From: Woeseia sp.
GTDB taxonomy: Bacteria; Pseudomonadota; Gammaproteobacteria; Steroidobacterales; UBA11654
DNA: 64,000 nucleotides
Direction: 5' to 3'
Assembly: GCA_019653755.1 (NCBI GenBank)
Contig: BPCL01000004.1
Coordinates: 71,578 to 135,577 of the forward strand
The notes beneath the pieces were generated by a model that saw only the letters and a list, made by a program, of their open reading frames with translations, was not told the origin of the DNA and searched no databases. Position 1 is the stretch's first letter; every line of letters starts with the position of its first letter. Made by a program: the position numbers and the translations under genes. Shown in pieces: positions 8,843-18,452 of this stretch.

Positions 8843-10660
8843 CTAATCAGTTATATAGTCAATAAGGTCCTTATAGCTTACTGGTTCCTTATCATGAGAT
8901 CCAACTAAAGACTCAATTGGTATAGCGAATTTAATGATTGCATCGTTCAAGGATGTAGCTGAATGATAAGGTAAAACATCTGGTCCTCTCTTGGTACCTG
9001 ATCTTTTATCACGTGCGATACCACTTACATACAAATCACCAGCATAAAGCATCTTTTTGTTATCAATTACAGCAATGACCATATCCTCCGTATGCCCGTT
9101 CAGAATTGGATAAATAGTCATTGGTTGCAAAGTGTCTTCTATTGTATAGCCTTGATCTGGGTTTACTTGGATGATTTGCTCGCTTCCTTTTTTAAATTTA
9201 CGATCGAGAGCGTCAATAACAACTGATGATTTTGGTCGATTGATTTGCATGCTGTAAAATTCCTTGGCTGATTCATGCACAACCAAGGCGGCTCCTGCAG
9301 CTATGTATGGGCGAATTCCTCCCCCATGATCATTATGAAAATGAGTAGCAATTAAATGCGTTATAGGCTTATCAGGAAATTTATTCATCGCCCATTTGAT
9401 CACCTCTTCACCTTTTAAATCGTTCATTCCAGGCTCAACCACCACCAGCCCATCGCTTTGCTCAACAACCATGGTATATATGCCATCCAGTGGTTTAGCT
9501 GATAATAAATAAACTCCATCGTCTAGTTTCAAAGCATCAAGCTTAGGACGACTAGCACCAGAGAGAGTAAACATTCTCAATGTTTGACTGAGAGTTCTAC
9601 CACGTTGTGCTGAATTCTCATCATGAACATAGGCCACACTATCTGGGGGTGAAAAATGATCTAGTGAGTAGTCAGGGTTAACTTCGATTGTCTTTCTGGT
9701 AATCTCTAATCGAGGTGCGCCACCTTGTGACATCCTGACTGTCCTTGGAAAAAAAACACCGCTATAAATCTGCCAATCGTCATATGTAACTTCGAGTGTT
9801 ATATCTCCATAAATTACATCCCATTCCATGGTTTTGAGTTTATCTATCTTTGATGTTTGCGGATTAATAAAAAAAGTTATCGGGTACACCTCATTTTTTA
9901 TAGTCAACTGAATATAATCTGACTCATCAATATCGGTGTTTTTTTGCCACCTATTAAACCAGTCAGGATCATCGAGAATTTTATTAATCATTAATGGATA
10001 AAAAGTTTTTTTGCTTGCTTGTCGCTCCCATTCTTTGGAGGCAATAAGAGTCCTTTTCCCAGTTTGTCTAACCCTATCTATGGTTACAGGTAAGACTTCA
10101 TCTTCTTTGTATCTCCAGCCCTTATTCAAATTTGCTGTTAATTTTAGATCTAATACCAAACTTGAATCTTGCAATGCCTCCTTTATCAATATATGAGGAT
10201 TTAGCAATCTTTCAGTTCTCATAGCTGCTGCTGATTTATCAGAGGAAAGGGGCTTATCTCTTTCCTTGACTATACCCATGATGTCATTTTCACTTACGTA
10301 ACCCTCTTGACCAAGTAGAAGTGTTTTAATTTCATTTTCAAAATAGCCGCCTTCTCTTGCTGCAACTAAATTTATCAGGCCAATTCTCACAAATCCTTGC
10401 TTAAGATCGTGAGACGCTCTAAAAATAGGCGCAGAGATTCTAAACATACCTTTGCCTGGTTCTGGGCTCTGCCCCATGATGTATTCATCTCGCTCACTCT
10501 CAATTTTATAGCCCTCTAATTGTCGAATCACATCAGCTCCTCCTAACCCTTCTAGAGCATGAGATAAACTATCTTGCTCATTATTATCAGAAGAATGAGC
10601 ATGAAGATTTAGTGTAAAAACAGATAGAAGGATGGTGACCTTAAGAATTGTTGCTCTCAT
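8843..10660 (-). CDS. Secreted metallo-beta-lactamase-fold hydrolase with long N-terminal domain
   Basis: Signal peptide; THFHNDH, GHTED, AGDLY and GSH metal ligands in the C-terminal half. Confidence 0.85.
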   Translation of the reverse strand: MRATILKVTILLSVFTLNLHAHSSDNNEQDSLSHALEGLGGADVIRQLEGYKIESERDEYIMGQSPEPGKGMFRISAPIFRASHDLKQGFVRIGLINLVAAREGGYFENEIKTLLLGQEGYVSENDIMGIVKERDKPLSSDKSAAAMRTERLLNPHILIKEALQDSSLVLDLKLTANLNKGWRYKEDEVLPVTIDRVRQTGKRTLIASKEWERQASKKTFYPLMINKILDDPDWFNRWQKNTDIDESDYIQLTIKNEVYPITFFINPQTSKIDKLKTMEWDVIYGDITLEVTYDDWQIYSGVFFPRTVRMSQGGAPRLEITRKTIEVNPDYSLDHFSPPDSVAYVHDENSAQRGRTLSQTLRMFTLSGASRPKLDALKLDDGVYLLSAKPLDGIYTMVVEQSDGLVVVEPGMNDLKGEEVIKWAMNKFPDKPITHLIATHFHNDHGGGIRPYIAAGAALVVHESAKEFYSMQINRPKSSVVIDALDRKFKKGSEQIIQVNPDQGYTIEDTLQPMTIYPILNGHTEDMVIAVIDNKKMLYAGDLYVSGIARDKRSGTKRGPDVLPYHSATSLNDAIIKFAIPIESLVGSHDKEPVSYKDLIDYITD

Positions 10661-10697
10661 ATTTTTCCCTTAATGATTCCTTGATGACTTATATCTT

Positions 10698-10715
10698 ATT
10701 TATCATTTGATTAAT
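10698..10715. promoter_or_regulatory. Palindromic operator copy 3, ATTTATCATTTGATTAAT
   Basis: Identical to copy 2; divergent intergenic region. Confidence 0.85.
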
Positions 10716-10788
10716 TAGCAATATGCATGTGGCTTTTTTTATTATATTCTTTAGTAAAGCTAGAACATAATATCAACAGATTAACTTT

Positions 10789-11523
10789 ATGAAATATTTA
10801 GGTAGGCTTTTAGTATATAAATACTTAGAAAGATTTTTCGTAAAGGTTTGTTTTGCTCTTTTCCTAATCACCCCTAATGTCTTAGCAGATTATGATGAAA
10901 CAATCTTGGTTATTGGAGGCACCGGTCGTGTGGGCTCAGAGATTGTTAAAATCTTACATAAACAGGGATATAAAAATATTTCTGTCTTGAGTAGATCTGA
11001 TAAAAATAGATCTCGATTAAAAGACCTAAATATTAGATACCTAAAAGGTGATATTTTGTCAGAAGAAGAGATTAAAGAAGTGTTCTCAGACAATTCTTTT
11101 GATGTGGTTATAAATGCCGTTTCTAAAGTTGGTAAAAGCAAGAACCCACATGCAATCGGGCAAGCTAATCTTAGTAAGTGGTCTAAAATAAATGGCACTA
11201 AACATTTTATCTTAATCGGTTCTGTTGGCGCAGGGCCTAACCCAAAAGATAATATGTGGAGAGATATATTAATAGCCAAGGGTGAAGCGGAACAATCCCT
11301 AATTTATAGTGGCTTGGATTATACAATTATTAAAACAGGTATTATCATCTATGATGATACACCAGCTACTAATCAAGCATTTCTAAGTGATAATGTAAAT
11401 ATTGTAGGTAAAGTTACTAGAAAAGATTTGGCTTTATTGAGTGTAAACTGCATTTTAAATAATAATTGCTTGAATCTTACATTAAATGCAGTTGATGACT
11501 CTTTAGGTTCAATGGCTAACTAA
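10789..11523 (+). CDS. Atypical SDR / NAD(P)H-binding protein with predicted signal peptide
   Basis: GGTGRVG Rossmann motif; KGEAEQSLIYSGLDYTII; hydrophobic N-terminus ending VLA. Confidence 0.8.
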   Translation: MKYLGRLLVYKYLERFFVKVCFALFLITPNVLADYDETILVIGGTGRVGSEIVKILHKQGYKNISVLSRSDKNRSRLKDLNIRYLKGDILSEEEIKEVFSDNSFDVVINAVSKVGKSKNPHAIGQANLSKWSKINGTKHFILIGSVGAGPNPKDNMWRDILIAKGEAEQSLIYSGLDYTIIKTGIIIYDDTPATNQAFLSDNVNIVGKVTRKDLALLSVNCILNNNCLNLTLNAVDDSLGSMAN

Positions 11524-11580
11524 AATGGTATTTAAAAGGAGAGAGATCCTTTATAGAGAAAGATAATTAGTCGTTCTCTT

Positions 11581-11598
11581 ATTTATCATTTGATAAAT
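11581..11598. promoter_or_regulatory. Palindromic operator copy 4, ATTTATCATTTGATAAAT (perfect arms)
   Basis: Perfect 8-2-8 palindrome 40 bp upstream of the second flavo-oxidase. Confidence 0.9.
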
Positions 11599-11638
11599 TA
11601 TATTTGAGTGTTATTATCCTCTAAATAAGGTTGAAAAT

Positions 11639-13129
11639 ATGAAGAGAAGAGATTTTATAACAAGCTCAAGCTTAGCTTTAACTCTACCCTTATTCCCAGC
11701 GTGGGAAGGCTATTCTGCAGACTCTATTATTCCAAGTGAATTATTGGCAATCACTGGTGAGGGTAAAAATATCATGATCAAAAAAACGGATATTGCCGAC
11801 TTGAAAAAAAGCCTTAAAGGTACGCTTCTGCTACCCGATGATAATGGATATAACATAGCTAGGCTTGTTAGAAATAGCATCATTGATAAAAAACCAGCAC
11901 TGATAGCACAATGTATTGATGAAACTGACATCCAAAAAGCTGTTAATTTTGCTAGAGAATACAGTCTTTTAACGGCTGTAAAATGTGGAGGTCATAGCGT
12001 TTCAGGAAAAGGCACTTGTGATCTCGGTATTATGATTGATTTGTCTCCCTTCAGAGGTTCTCGGTTAGACATTAACAATAAAAGAATTTTTATTACGGGT
12101 GGTTCATGGCTCAGTGAGCTTGATGAAGCTACTGTTCCTTACGGTTTAGGAACAACTGCTGGAACAGTATCGCACACAGGCGTTGGTGGCCTAGCAACCG
12201 GTGGCGGCTTTGGAAGACTCGGAAGAAAATACGGACTCACCCTTGATAATATAAAAAGCATTGAAATAGTCACGGCTGATGGACAACTTCGATATGCAGA
12301 TGAAAATGAAAACTCAGATCTGTATTGGGCTGTCAGAGGTGGTGGTGGCAACTTTGGAGTTGTTACTATGTTTGAGTTTCAATTATATCCAATGAATAGG
12401 GAAGTCATTGGGGGCAGGATTACTTTTGATTTTGCAGATGTTAAGCAGCTTCTAAAATTTCACGGCGAACACACCTTAGAAGCCCCATGGGATATGTATC
12501 TCGATCCGGTTGTTTTTGCTCCTCCAATGGGTTTTGATAACACAGTTTATTTTGATGTCTGTTACTCAGGACCTCACAACAAAGCTGAAAAAGCCCTAGA
12601 ACCCCTGAGAAAAGCCGGAAAGATTCTGAAGGATGAAATTGCAGCAGTAGATTATGTTGAAATTCAAAAGAGTGGAGACGATGATGACCCCAGAGGAAGA
12701 TCTCAGTATCTTAAAGGTGGGTTTACCATTAATGTAACCTCTGGGCTTATTGATGCAATTGTTGATAATTTAGAGCCTCATCCAGAGAGGGGAAGTATGG
12801 CTTTCTTCCAACATAATGGAGGAAAAATTAATACAATTCCAACTGATGCTACAGCCTTTCCGCATCGCTATGCGGAGCATAATCTAGTCACAGGTTCATT
12901 TTGGAAGCAAGGGGTTGATATTGATCCACATATCAGCTGGTCAAGGAGATATTGGAAAAAAGTAGCTCCTTACACTGATGGTTTCTATATTAATGACGAA
13001 TTCATGGAAACCCAAGAAGAAGTGAATTTAAATTTTTTAGGCAATTATGAGCGTTTAGTAGAAATCAAGAATAAGTATGATCCAACTAATTTATTTAGAC
13101 TAAATGCAAATATAAAGCCCTCAGTCTAG
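11639..13129 (+). CDS. Tat-exported FAD-binding oxidoreductase, VAO/BBE family (paralogue of 3518..4993)
   Basis: MKRRDFIT; KCGGHS; VSHTGVGGLATGGG; RGGGGNFG; KYDPTNLFRLN. Confidence 0.9.
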   Translation: MKRRDFITSSSLALTLPLFPAWEGYSADSIIPSELLAITGEGKNIMIKKTDIADLKKSLKGTLLLPDDNGYNIARLVRNSIIDKKPALIAQCIDETDIQKAVNFAREYSLLTAVKCGGHSVSGKGTCDLGIMIDLSPFRGSRLDINNKRIFITGGSWLSELDEATVPYGLGTTAGTVSHTGVGGLATGGGFGRLGRKYGLTLDNIKSIEIVTADGQLRYADENENSDLYWAVRGGGGNFGVVTMFEFQLYPMNREVIGGRITFDFADVKQLLKFHGEHTLEAPWDMYLDPVVFAPPMGFDNTVYFDVCYSGPHNKAEKALEPLRKAGKILKDEIAAVDYVEIQKSGDDDDPRGRSQYLKGGFTINVTSGLIDAIVDNLEPHPERGSMAFFQHNGGKINTIPTDATAFPHRYAEHNLVTGSFWKQGVDIDPHISWSRRYWKKVAPYTDGFYINDEFMETQEEVNLNFLGNYERLVEIKNKYDPTNLFRLNANIKPSV

Positions 13130-13218
13130 TATCAAAGTTCCAACTACATCATAAAAGCCTACTGGTTGCAGATATGCAAAGCTTGGAATAATTTTTATTA
13201 TCAAGAACCCATCCAAAG

Positions 13219-14100
13219 CTAATCTTCTATTGGTACTCTTTCATCCTTATACGCTTGAAAAGTTCCCTTTCTTTTGATCCAAGGCTTTTCTGATTCAAAA
13301 TAACCTGGGCTCTCTTTTTCAATAAATTCAATTAGTTCAACGGGAACATCGTTCTCAAGATTGTCAATTTTCTTGCCAACAGATTGCCAGTAGTGTCTTC
13401 CGGGCCTTTTGCCCATAAGAAAAAAAGGATACCAACTGGTATTATGAGTTGATGTGATTGTCATTGGTGCGCTTGCCAGATCAGGGTTGGCTAAATCTGA
13501 GATTTTTCCATGGTATGTCTCCACATAAAGAAAGCTGAGTTTTTCAGCTGTGGACGCTTTTTTCCATATTTTAGGATCAAGTTTATTGACAAAATTTAGA
13601 TAAGCGGGTTCATCTAACCACAGTTCATCGCCTCTAACCTTGAAAGGTCTAATCTCTGGCTTAATGACTCTATCAAATGGACCGCCAATAATTTTTACTG
13701 GTCGATTAATCTCTCCCGTAAACGGATTGGTAAATTCTTCAGACGGTAATCCTGTTTTCAGATCCATAAAATACCCAACATCATACAGAGTATAATAAAA
13801 GCTATTATCGACCCACGGTTTCCATACACCCTTCAAAACGCCTGTATGTCCAATCATTGGTTTAACACCCTCTTCTGGGGTCATCCCAAATATAGTCCCT
13901 TTGTAATAAATATGAACCATGCTTCTGGCTGTTGTACCGATTAATTTGGTGTAGGCTAAAGCATTTTGAACAGGGTCATTTAAATCAATTTTATAATTTT
14001 TAAAAGTTATATCTTGGCTAGATATTAACCTAGGTGAAGCTACCAAGGCACCCATACCGGCCATCATATCTCTCCTACTCATATGATTTTTCTTACTCAT
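13219..14100 (-). CDS. DUF1838-like protein with Tat signal
   Basis: SRRDMMAGMGALVA; DLNDP..N..AY.KL.G; DLKTG...FTNPFTGE; SWYPFFLMG, shared with its two paralogues. Confidence 0.7.
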   Translation of the reverse strand: MSKKNHMSRRDMMAGMGALVASPRLISSQDITFKNYKIDLNDPVQNALAYTKLIGTTARSMVHIYYKGTIFGMTPEEGVKPMIGHTGVLKGVWKPWVDNSFYYTLYDVGYFMDLKTGLPSEEFTNPFTGEINRPVKIIGGPFDRVIKPEIRPFKVRGDELWLDEPAYLNFVNKLDPKIWKKASTAEKLSFLYVETYHGKISDLANPDLASAPMTITSTHNTSWYPFFLMGKRPGRHYWQSVGKKIDNLENDVPVELIEFIEKESPGYFESEKPWIKRKGTFQAYKDERVPIED

Positions 14101-14888
14101 TTACTATTCCTTTTTTGGAATTCCCTATAGTGACTTAATGTACTTGTTTTTTTCGTCCAAGGATTACTAGAGCTAAAGTAATCTTTTTGTCTCGAAACTA
14201 AATATTCTTGCATTGATTGAGGTAAATCGTTCCACGATTGGATTTTATTTCCGACTGCTTGCCAGTAAATCTTAGTCTCATCATCATTAATACCAAAGAA
14301 CGGGTACCACGGACTCACATAGTTGTATGTCATCATAGATGGAGCCATTGTTGATTCATCGGCTAATTCTGATAACTTTCCTCTAAATATAGAATCAGAA
14401 AAGGCAGTTTGCTCAATTTGATTTTCTGACTCTTCAGGACCAAAATAGCCGCTAAGAGAGATCGGTTCTTGAATCCAAATATCATCGCCTGAAATAACCC
14501 AATCAAAATTTCTGGGCCCAATAAGTCTATCGTAAGGTCCTCCCTTAATATCAGTAAGCACATTGCTCTCATTAGTAATAGGGTTATCAAATACCCTAAT
14601 TGGTTCGTTAGAGTCAAGATTATGGAAAAAGCCAGTTTCATATAAACGATATTGATGCGTGCCCTGTTCTTTTCTGCTCCAAATACCTTTTAATAAAGCT
14701 TGGAACCTAATAAACGGTTTAACGCCATCAGTCAAGAGAGCAAAAATTGTTCCCTCTATACTATAGTGAACCATTGCATTGCCGGCTGAGCCCACTAATT
14801 TTGCGTAAGCATGAGAACTCTGGACAGGGTCGCTAAGGTCAAGGCTATCTATGCTAAATTGAGCTGTTATTAGATCTCTTCTATCCAT
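14097..14888 (-). CDS. DUF1838-like protein with vestigial twin-arginine motif
   Basis: Clear paralogue of neighbour (LDLSDP..AYAKLVG, FDNPITNE, GGPYDR, SPWYPFFG, YWQAVG); MDRRDLI lacks an h-region. Confidence 0.7.
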   Translation of the reverse strand: MDRRDLITAQFSIDSLDLSDPVQSSHAYAKLVGSAGNAMVHYSIEGTIFALLTDGVKPFIRFQALLKGIWSRKEQGTHQYRLYETGFFHNLDSNEPIRVFDNPITNESNVLTDIKGGPYDRLIGPRNFDWVISGDDIWIQEPISLSGYFGPEESENQIEQTAFSDSIFRGKLSELADESTMAPSMMTYNYVSPWYPFFGINDDETKIYWQAVGNKIQSWNDLPQSMQEYLVSRQKDYFSSSNPWTKKTSTLSHYREFQKRNSK

Positions 14889-14897
14889 AATAAATTC

Positions 14898-15455
14898 CTA
14901 AAATGGACAATAATCCTCTTTTTCAACTAAATCAAAAACAAAAGTAAACTTTGCAACGCCAACAAGCACAGCCATAATCATTCCAAGCTCATAAATCTCT
15001 CCGTCTGTGAAATCTTTTTTTAATTCCTTATATAATTCTGAGTTCAAATTTCCATGATTATTATTAAGCACCATTTCATCTGCCAATCTCAATGCTGCCT
15101 TTTCACGAGTGCTAAATGGACCGAAAAGATAGTCGCCCAGAGAATCCACTTGCTCTTGGCTAATCCCTGATTGAAGTGCATGCGCTGTATCTCCTTTGTT
15201 GCAGAATGCGCAACCATGGACATTTGCCAATCTAAGGCGAACGAGTTCAACTAGGCTAGTTTCCAGCCTGTCAGAATAAAATAACTTCTTATAGAAATCT
15301 TTAAAATACCAATCATATACTTCTGGATTATTCCCAGAAACTTCTATAAATGTCGCATCGCCAGTAAGTTCTTTAGCTTGATCCCATCCGCTCTGCATAT
15401 GCTGAGGTAAATCCTTTCTAGGAACTTTGTTTATTGAAGGCTGTGGCTTTGTCAT
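14898..15455 (-). CDS. Carboxymuconolactone decarboxylase/AhpD-family protein
   Basis: ELVRLRLANVHGCAFC, FSTREKAALRLAD, FTDGEIYEL; start at ATG 15455 after an AAGGA RBS. Confidence 0.85.
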   Translation of the reverse strand: MTKPQPSINKVPRKDLPQHMQSGWDQAKELTGDATFIEVSGNNPEVYDWYFKDFYKKLFYSDRLETSLVELVRLRLANVHGCAFCNKGDTAHALQSGISQEQVDSLGDYLFGPFSTREKAALRLADEMVLNNNHGNLNSELYKELKKDFTDGEIYELGMIMAVLVGVAKFTFVFDLVEKEDYCPF

Positions 15456-15506
15456 AAAATAATCCTTTATTTTTGCATTAATATTATTAAAGAACAAAAC
15501 AAATGT

Positions 15507-16369
15507 CTAAGATGCCTTCATTTCTGAACTTACTGTTTTAATTCTGTTTGGCGCCTCAAAATGCTCTATGATCTTTCTTGTCATATCGCCTCTATTAAGG
15601 GTGTAAAGATGAAAATTATCAATCCCTTCATTAAGCAGATCATCTATTTGCTGTATGGCAAACTGCACCCCCAAATCTTCAGCTGCATCATCATTCCCTT
15701 CAATATTTAGAAATGCTTTCTCTATTTCCACAGGAATCGTAGAACCACAAAGCTTTGCAAAATACTTAACCTTTTTAATATCACTAATTGGTAGTATGCC
15801 AGGAGAAATTGGAATCTTTATATCTCTTGCGTAACACAAATCTCTGTAGCGAAGAATTAGATCATTGGAAAAACACCATTGAGTAATTATCTCATCAACA
15901 CCGGCATCAGATTTCTCTTTAAGATGGATAAAATCTGCAATAACTCCCCTGCTCTCAGGATGAGCTTCTGGATAACCTGATATTGAGACTCTGATGTCAA
16001 AGCTAGCATTGATTGCTTTAATAAAATCTAGAGAATTATCATAATAAGGTTCTCTATTGCTAACGCTTTGTTTTGTGTTGCCCCTTAATGCAACTATAGA
16101 ATCCACACCTAAAGACAAATAATCTTGAGTCATTTCCATAATCTCGCTCTTGGAGTAATTTATGCAGGTCATATGCGGCTTTATTTCAACGATAAATTTT
16201 TTTTTAGGATTTTAACTGTCTCCATCGTTTGATTATTATCAACTGTATCAGCGGTGTGTGTGATGCTCATATATTCAGGAGAAAAGATTGATAAAAGGCG
16301 CGCTTGATCAATAAAGTCTTTGAAACTTTCTTGATCCTTTGGTGGGAAAAACTCAAGTGAATAGTTCAT
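15507..16369 (-). CDS. metF: Methylenetetrahydrofolate reductase-like protein (divergent), frameshift near 16200
   Basis: SLEFFPPK, HMTC, ALRG, GYPEAHP, ITQ, PGILPI and HLYTLN motifs across ORFs 16181..16369 and 15507..16172. Confidence 0.8.
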
Positions 16370-16384
16370 TATTATATTTTCCTT

Positions 16385-16402
16385 ATTTATCAGTTGATAA
16401 AT
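16385..16402. promoter_or_regulatory. Palindromic operator copy 5, ATTTATCAGTTGATAAAT
   Basis: Perfect arms (extends to TTATTTATCA-GT-TGATAAATAA); divergent metF/ligase region. Confidence 0.9.
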
Positions 16403-16425
16403 AAAGAGTATATTATAAATCTTTT

Positions 16426-16443
16426 ACTTATCAAATGATTAAT
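16426..16443. promoter_or_regulatory. Palindromic operator copy 6, ACTTATCAAATGATTAAT
   Basis: Second site in the same intergenic region. Confidence 0.8.
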
Positions 16444-16460
16444 AGATACTTTATTCAGAA

Positions 16461-18410
16461 ATGAAACACTCAAAAAAACCAATGTGGCTTCCAGATGAAA
16501 GCAATAGCAGTCTATTGGGAGACTATATTGATTTTCTTGAAATAAATCATAATCTAGGAATCAACAATTATTCTCAATTGCATCAGTGGTCTATTGACTG
16601 CCCTGTAAATTTTTGGTCATCTTTTGCCGATTTTGCAAGTATTAATTTTGCTGTACCTCCATCTAAAGTTTTAAGTTCTGATCAAAGAATGATTAATGCA
16701 AAATGGTTTGTTGATGCAGAGCTTAATTTTGCTGAGCATCTACTCCCTAAAAAAGATGCCTCCACGGCAATCATCTATAGGGATGAAACAGGTAGAAGAA
16801 AAGAGCTTTCATATAGAGAACTTAATGAAAAAGTTAGCTCGTTTGCTCATGCTCTGATTGATCAAGGGGTAGGTAAAGGAGATGTTGTTGCAGGAATTAT
16901 AACCAATTCTCCTGAAGCAATTATTGCCATGATTGCAACCAGCTCATTAGGTGCTATTTGGACATCATGTTCACCAGACTTTGGCACTGATGCCATTTTA
17001 GATAGGGTAGGACAAGTTAAACCAAAAGTATTAATTGCTATTGATCAATACAACTACGGTGGAAAAACATTTAATTTAATTCAAAAGATAGCCTCTATTT
17101 CAAGCAAGTTAGAAAGCCTAACTAAAATCTTTATTGTTCAAAACTCTAATGAAACTCTTGAGCATCAAAGTATAAAAAATTCTGTTTTATTTAATGATTA
17201 CTTAGATTGTGGAGATAAGCTTGTATTTGATTCATTTCCTTTTGATCATCCCCTATACATAATGTATTCATCTGGCACCACCGGTAAACCAAAATGTATT
17301 CTCCACAGTGCAGGTGGCACCTTAATCCAGCATATGAAAGAACATCAGCTGCACTTAAATTTAAAGCCCAAAGAACGGTTATTCTTTTTCACTACCTGCG
17401 GTTGGATGATGTGGAATTGGCTTGCAAGTGCCTTGGCGAGCAAGGCAACTATTATTCTTTATGAAGGATCCCCTTTTTACCCAAAACATGAATCCTTGTG
17501 GGAGATTGCAGAAGAGGAGAACATTACACACTTTGGTATCAGCCCTGGTTATATCAGTACACTGATGAAGAACAATGTTGTGCCTGCAAAAAAACACAAA
17601 CTCCAATCATTGAAAACCGTTCTCTCTACAGGTTCACCATTGCTGGCAGATCATTTTCAATACATTCAAAAATCAATAAAAGATGGAGTCCAGATATCGT
17701 CGATTTCTGGGGGGACAGACATCATTTCCTGTTTTGTCCTAGGTAACCCAATGACCCCGGTGTTTAAGGGAGAGATACAATCTATTGGTTTAGGCATGGA
17801 TGTAAGAGTCTTTACAGACAATGGAAAAGAAGCCCAAAGAGAAGAAAAAGGTGAGCTTGTTTGCACCCAACCCTTCCCTTCAATGCCTATTGGGTTCTTT
17901 AATGATCCAGGAAAAAGAAAATACAAGCAGAGCTATTTCAGTAGCTATGAAAACATTTGGGCTCACGGTGACTTTGCAACAATAACTGATAATGGTGGTG
18001 TAATAATTTATGGTCGATCCGATGCAACTTTAAATTCTAAGGGTATAAGAATTGGCACTGCAGAAATTTATCGCCAAACTGAAAAGTTTTCTGAAATACT
18101 TGAAGCAGTGGTGGTTGAAACAAATGACAATTCTGAATCAACAGTGACGTTATTTTTGAAATTAGATAAAGACAAAAAGCTTACTGAAGAATTAATAGAA
18201 CAAATTAAACATAGACTCAAAATCTACGCTAGCCCTAAACACGTTCCAACAAATATTATTCAAGTTGATGATATCCCTAAAACAATAAGCGGTAAAATCT
18301 CAGAGTTATCGGTCAAGTCAGCTATTGAAGGCAAAAAAATTAAGAACATTGAAGCACTATCAAATCCTGATTCACTAATTTTTTTTAAACAGTTTGCAAA
18401 GGAAAACTGA
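16461..18410 (+). CDS. Acetoacetate-CoA ligase
   Basis: WTSCSPDFG, YSSGTTGKPK, FTTCGWMMWNWL, SISGGTDIISCF, WAHGDF and GRSDATLN family motifs. Confidence 0.92.
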   Translation: MKHSKKPMWLPDESNSSLLGDYIDFLEINHNLGINNYSQLHQWSIDCPVNFWSSFADFASINFAVPPSKVLSSDQRMINAKWFVDAELNFAEHLLPKKDASTAIIYRDETGRRKELSYRELNEKVSSFAHALIDQGVGKGDVVAGIITNSPEAIIAMIATSSLGAIWTSCSPDFGTDAILDRVGQVKPKVLIAIDQYNYGGKTFNLIQKIASISSKLESLTKIFIVQNSNETLEHQSIKNSVLFNDYLDCGDKLVFDSFPFDHPLYIMYSSGTTGKPKCILHSAGGTLIQHMKEHQLHLNLKPKERLFFFTTCGWMMWNWLASALASKATIILYEGSPFYPKHESLWEIAEEENITHFGISPGYISTLMKNNVVPAKKHKLQSLKTVLSTGSPLLADHFQYIQKSIKDGVQISSISGGTDIISCFVLGNPMTPVFKGEIQSIGLGMDVRVFTDNGKEAQREEKGELVCTQPFPSMPIGFFNDPGKRKYKQSYFSSYENIWAHGDFATITDNGGVIIYGRSDATLNSKGIRIGTAEIYRQTEKFSEILEAVVVETNDNSESTVTLFLKLDKDKKLTEELIEQIKHRLKIYASPKHVPTNIIQVDDIPKTISGKISELSVKSAIEGKKIKNIEALSNPDSLIFFKQFAKEN

Positions 18411-18452
18411 CTTCATCGTGAAATACAATTAACATAAAAAGACACAACAAAT

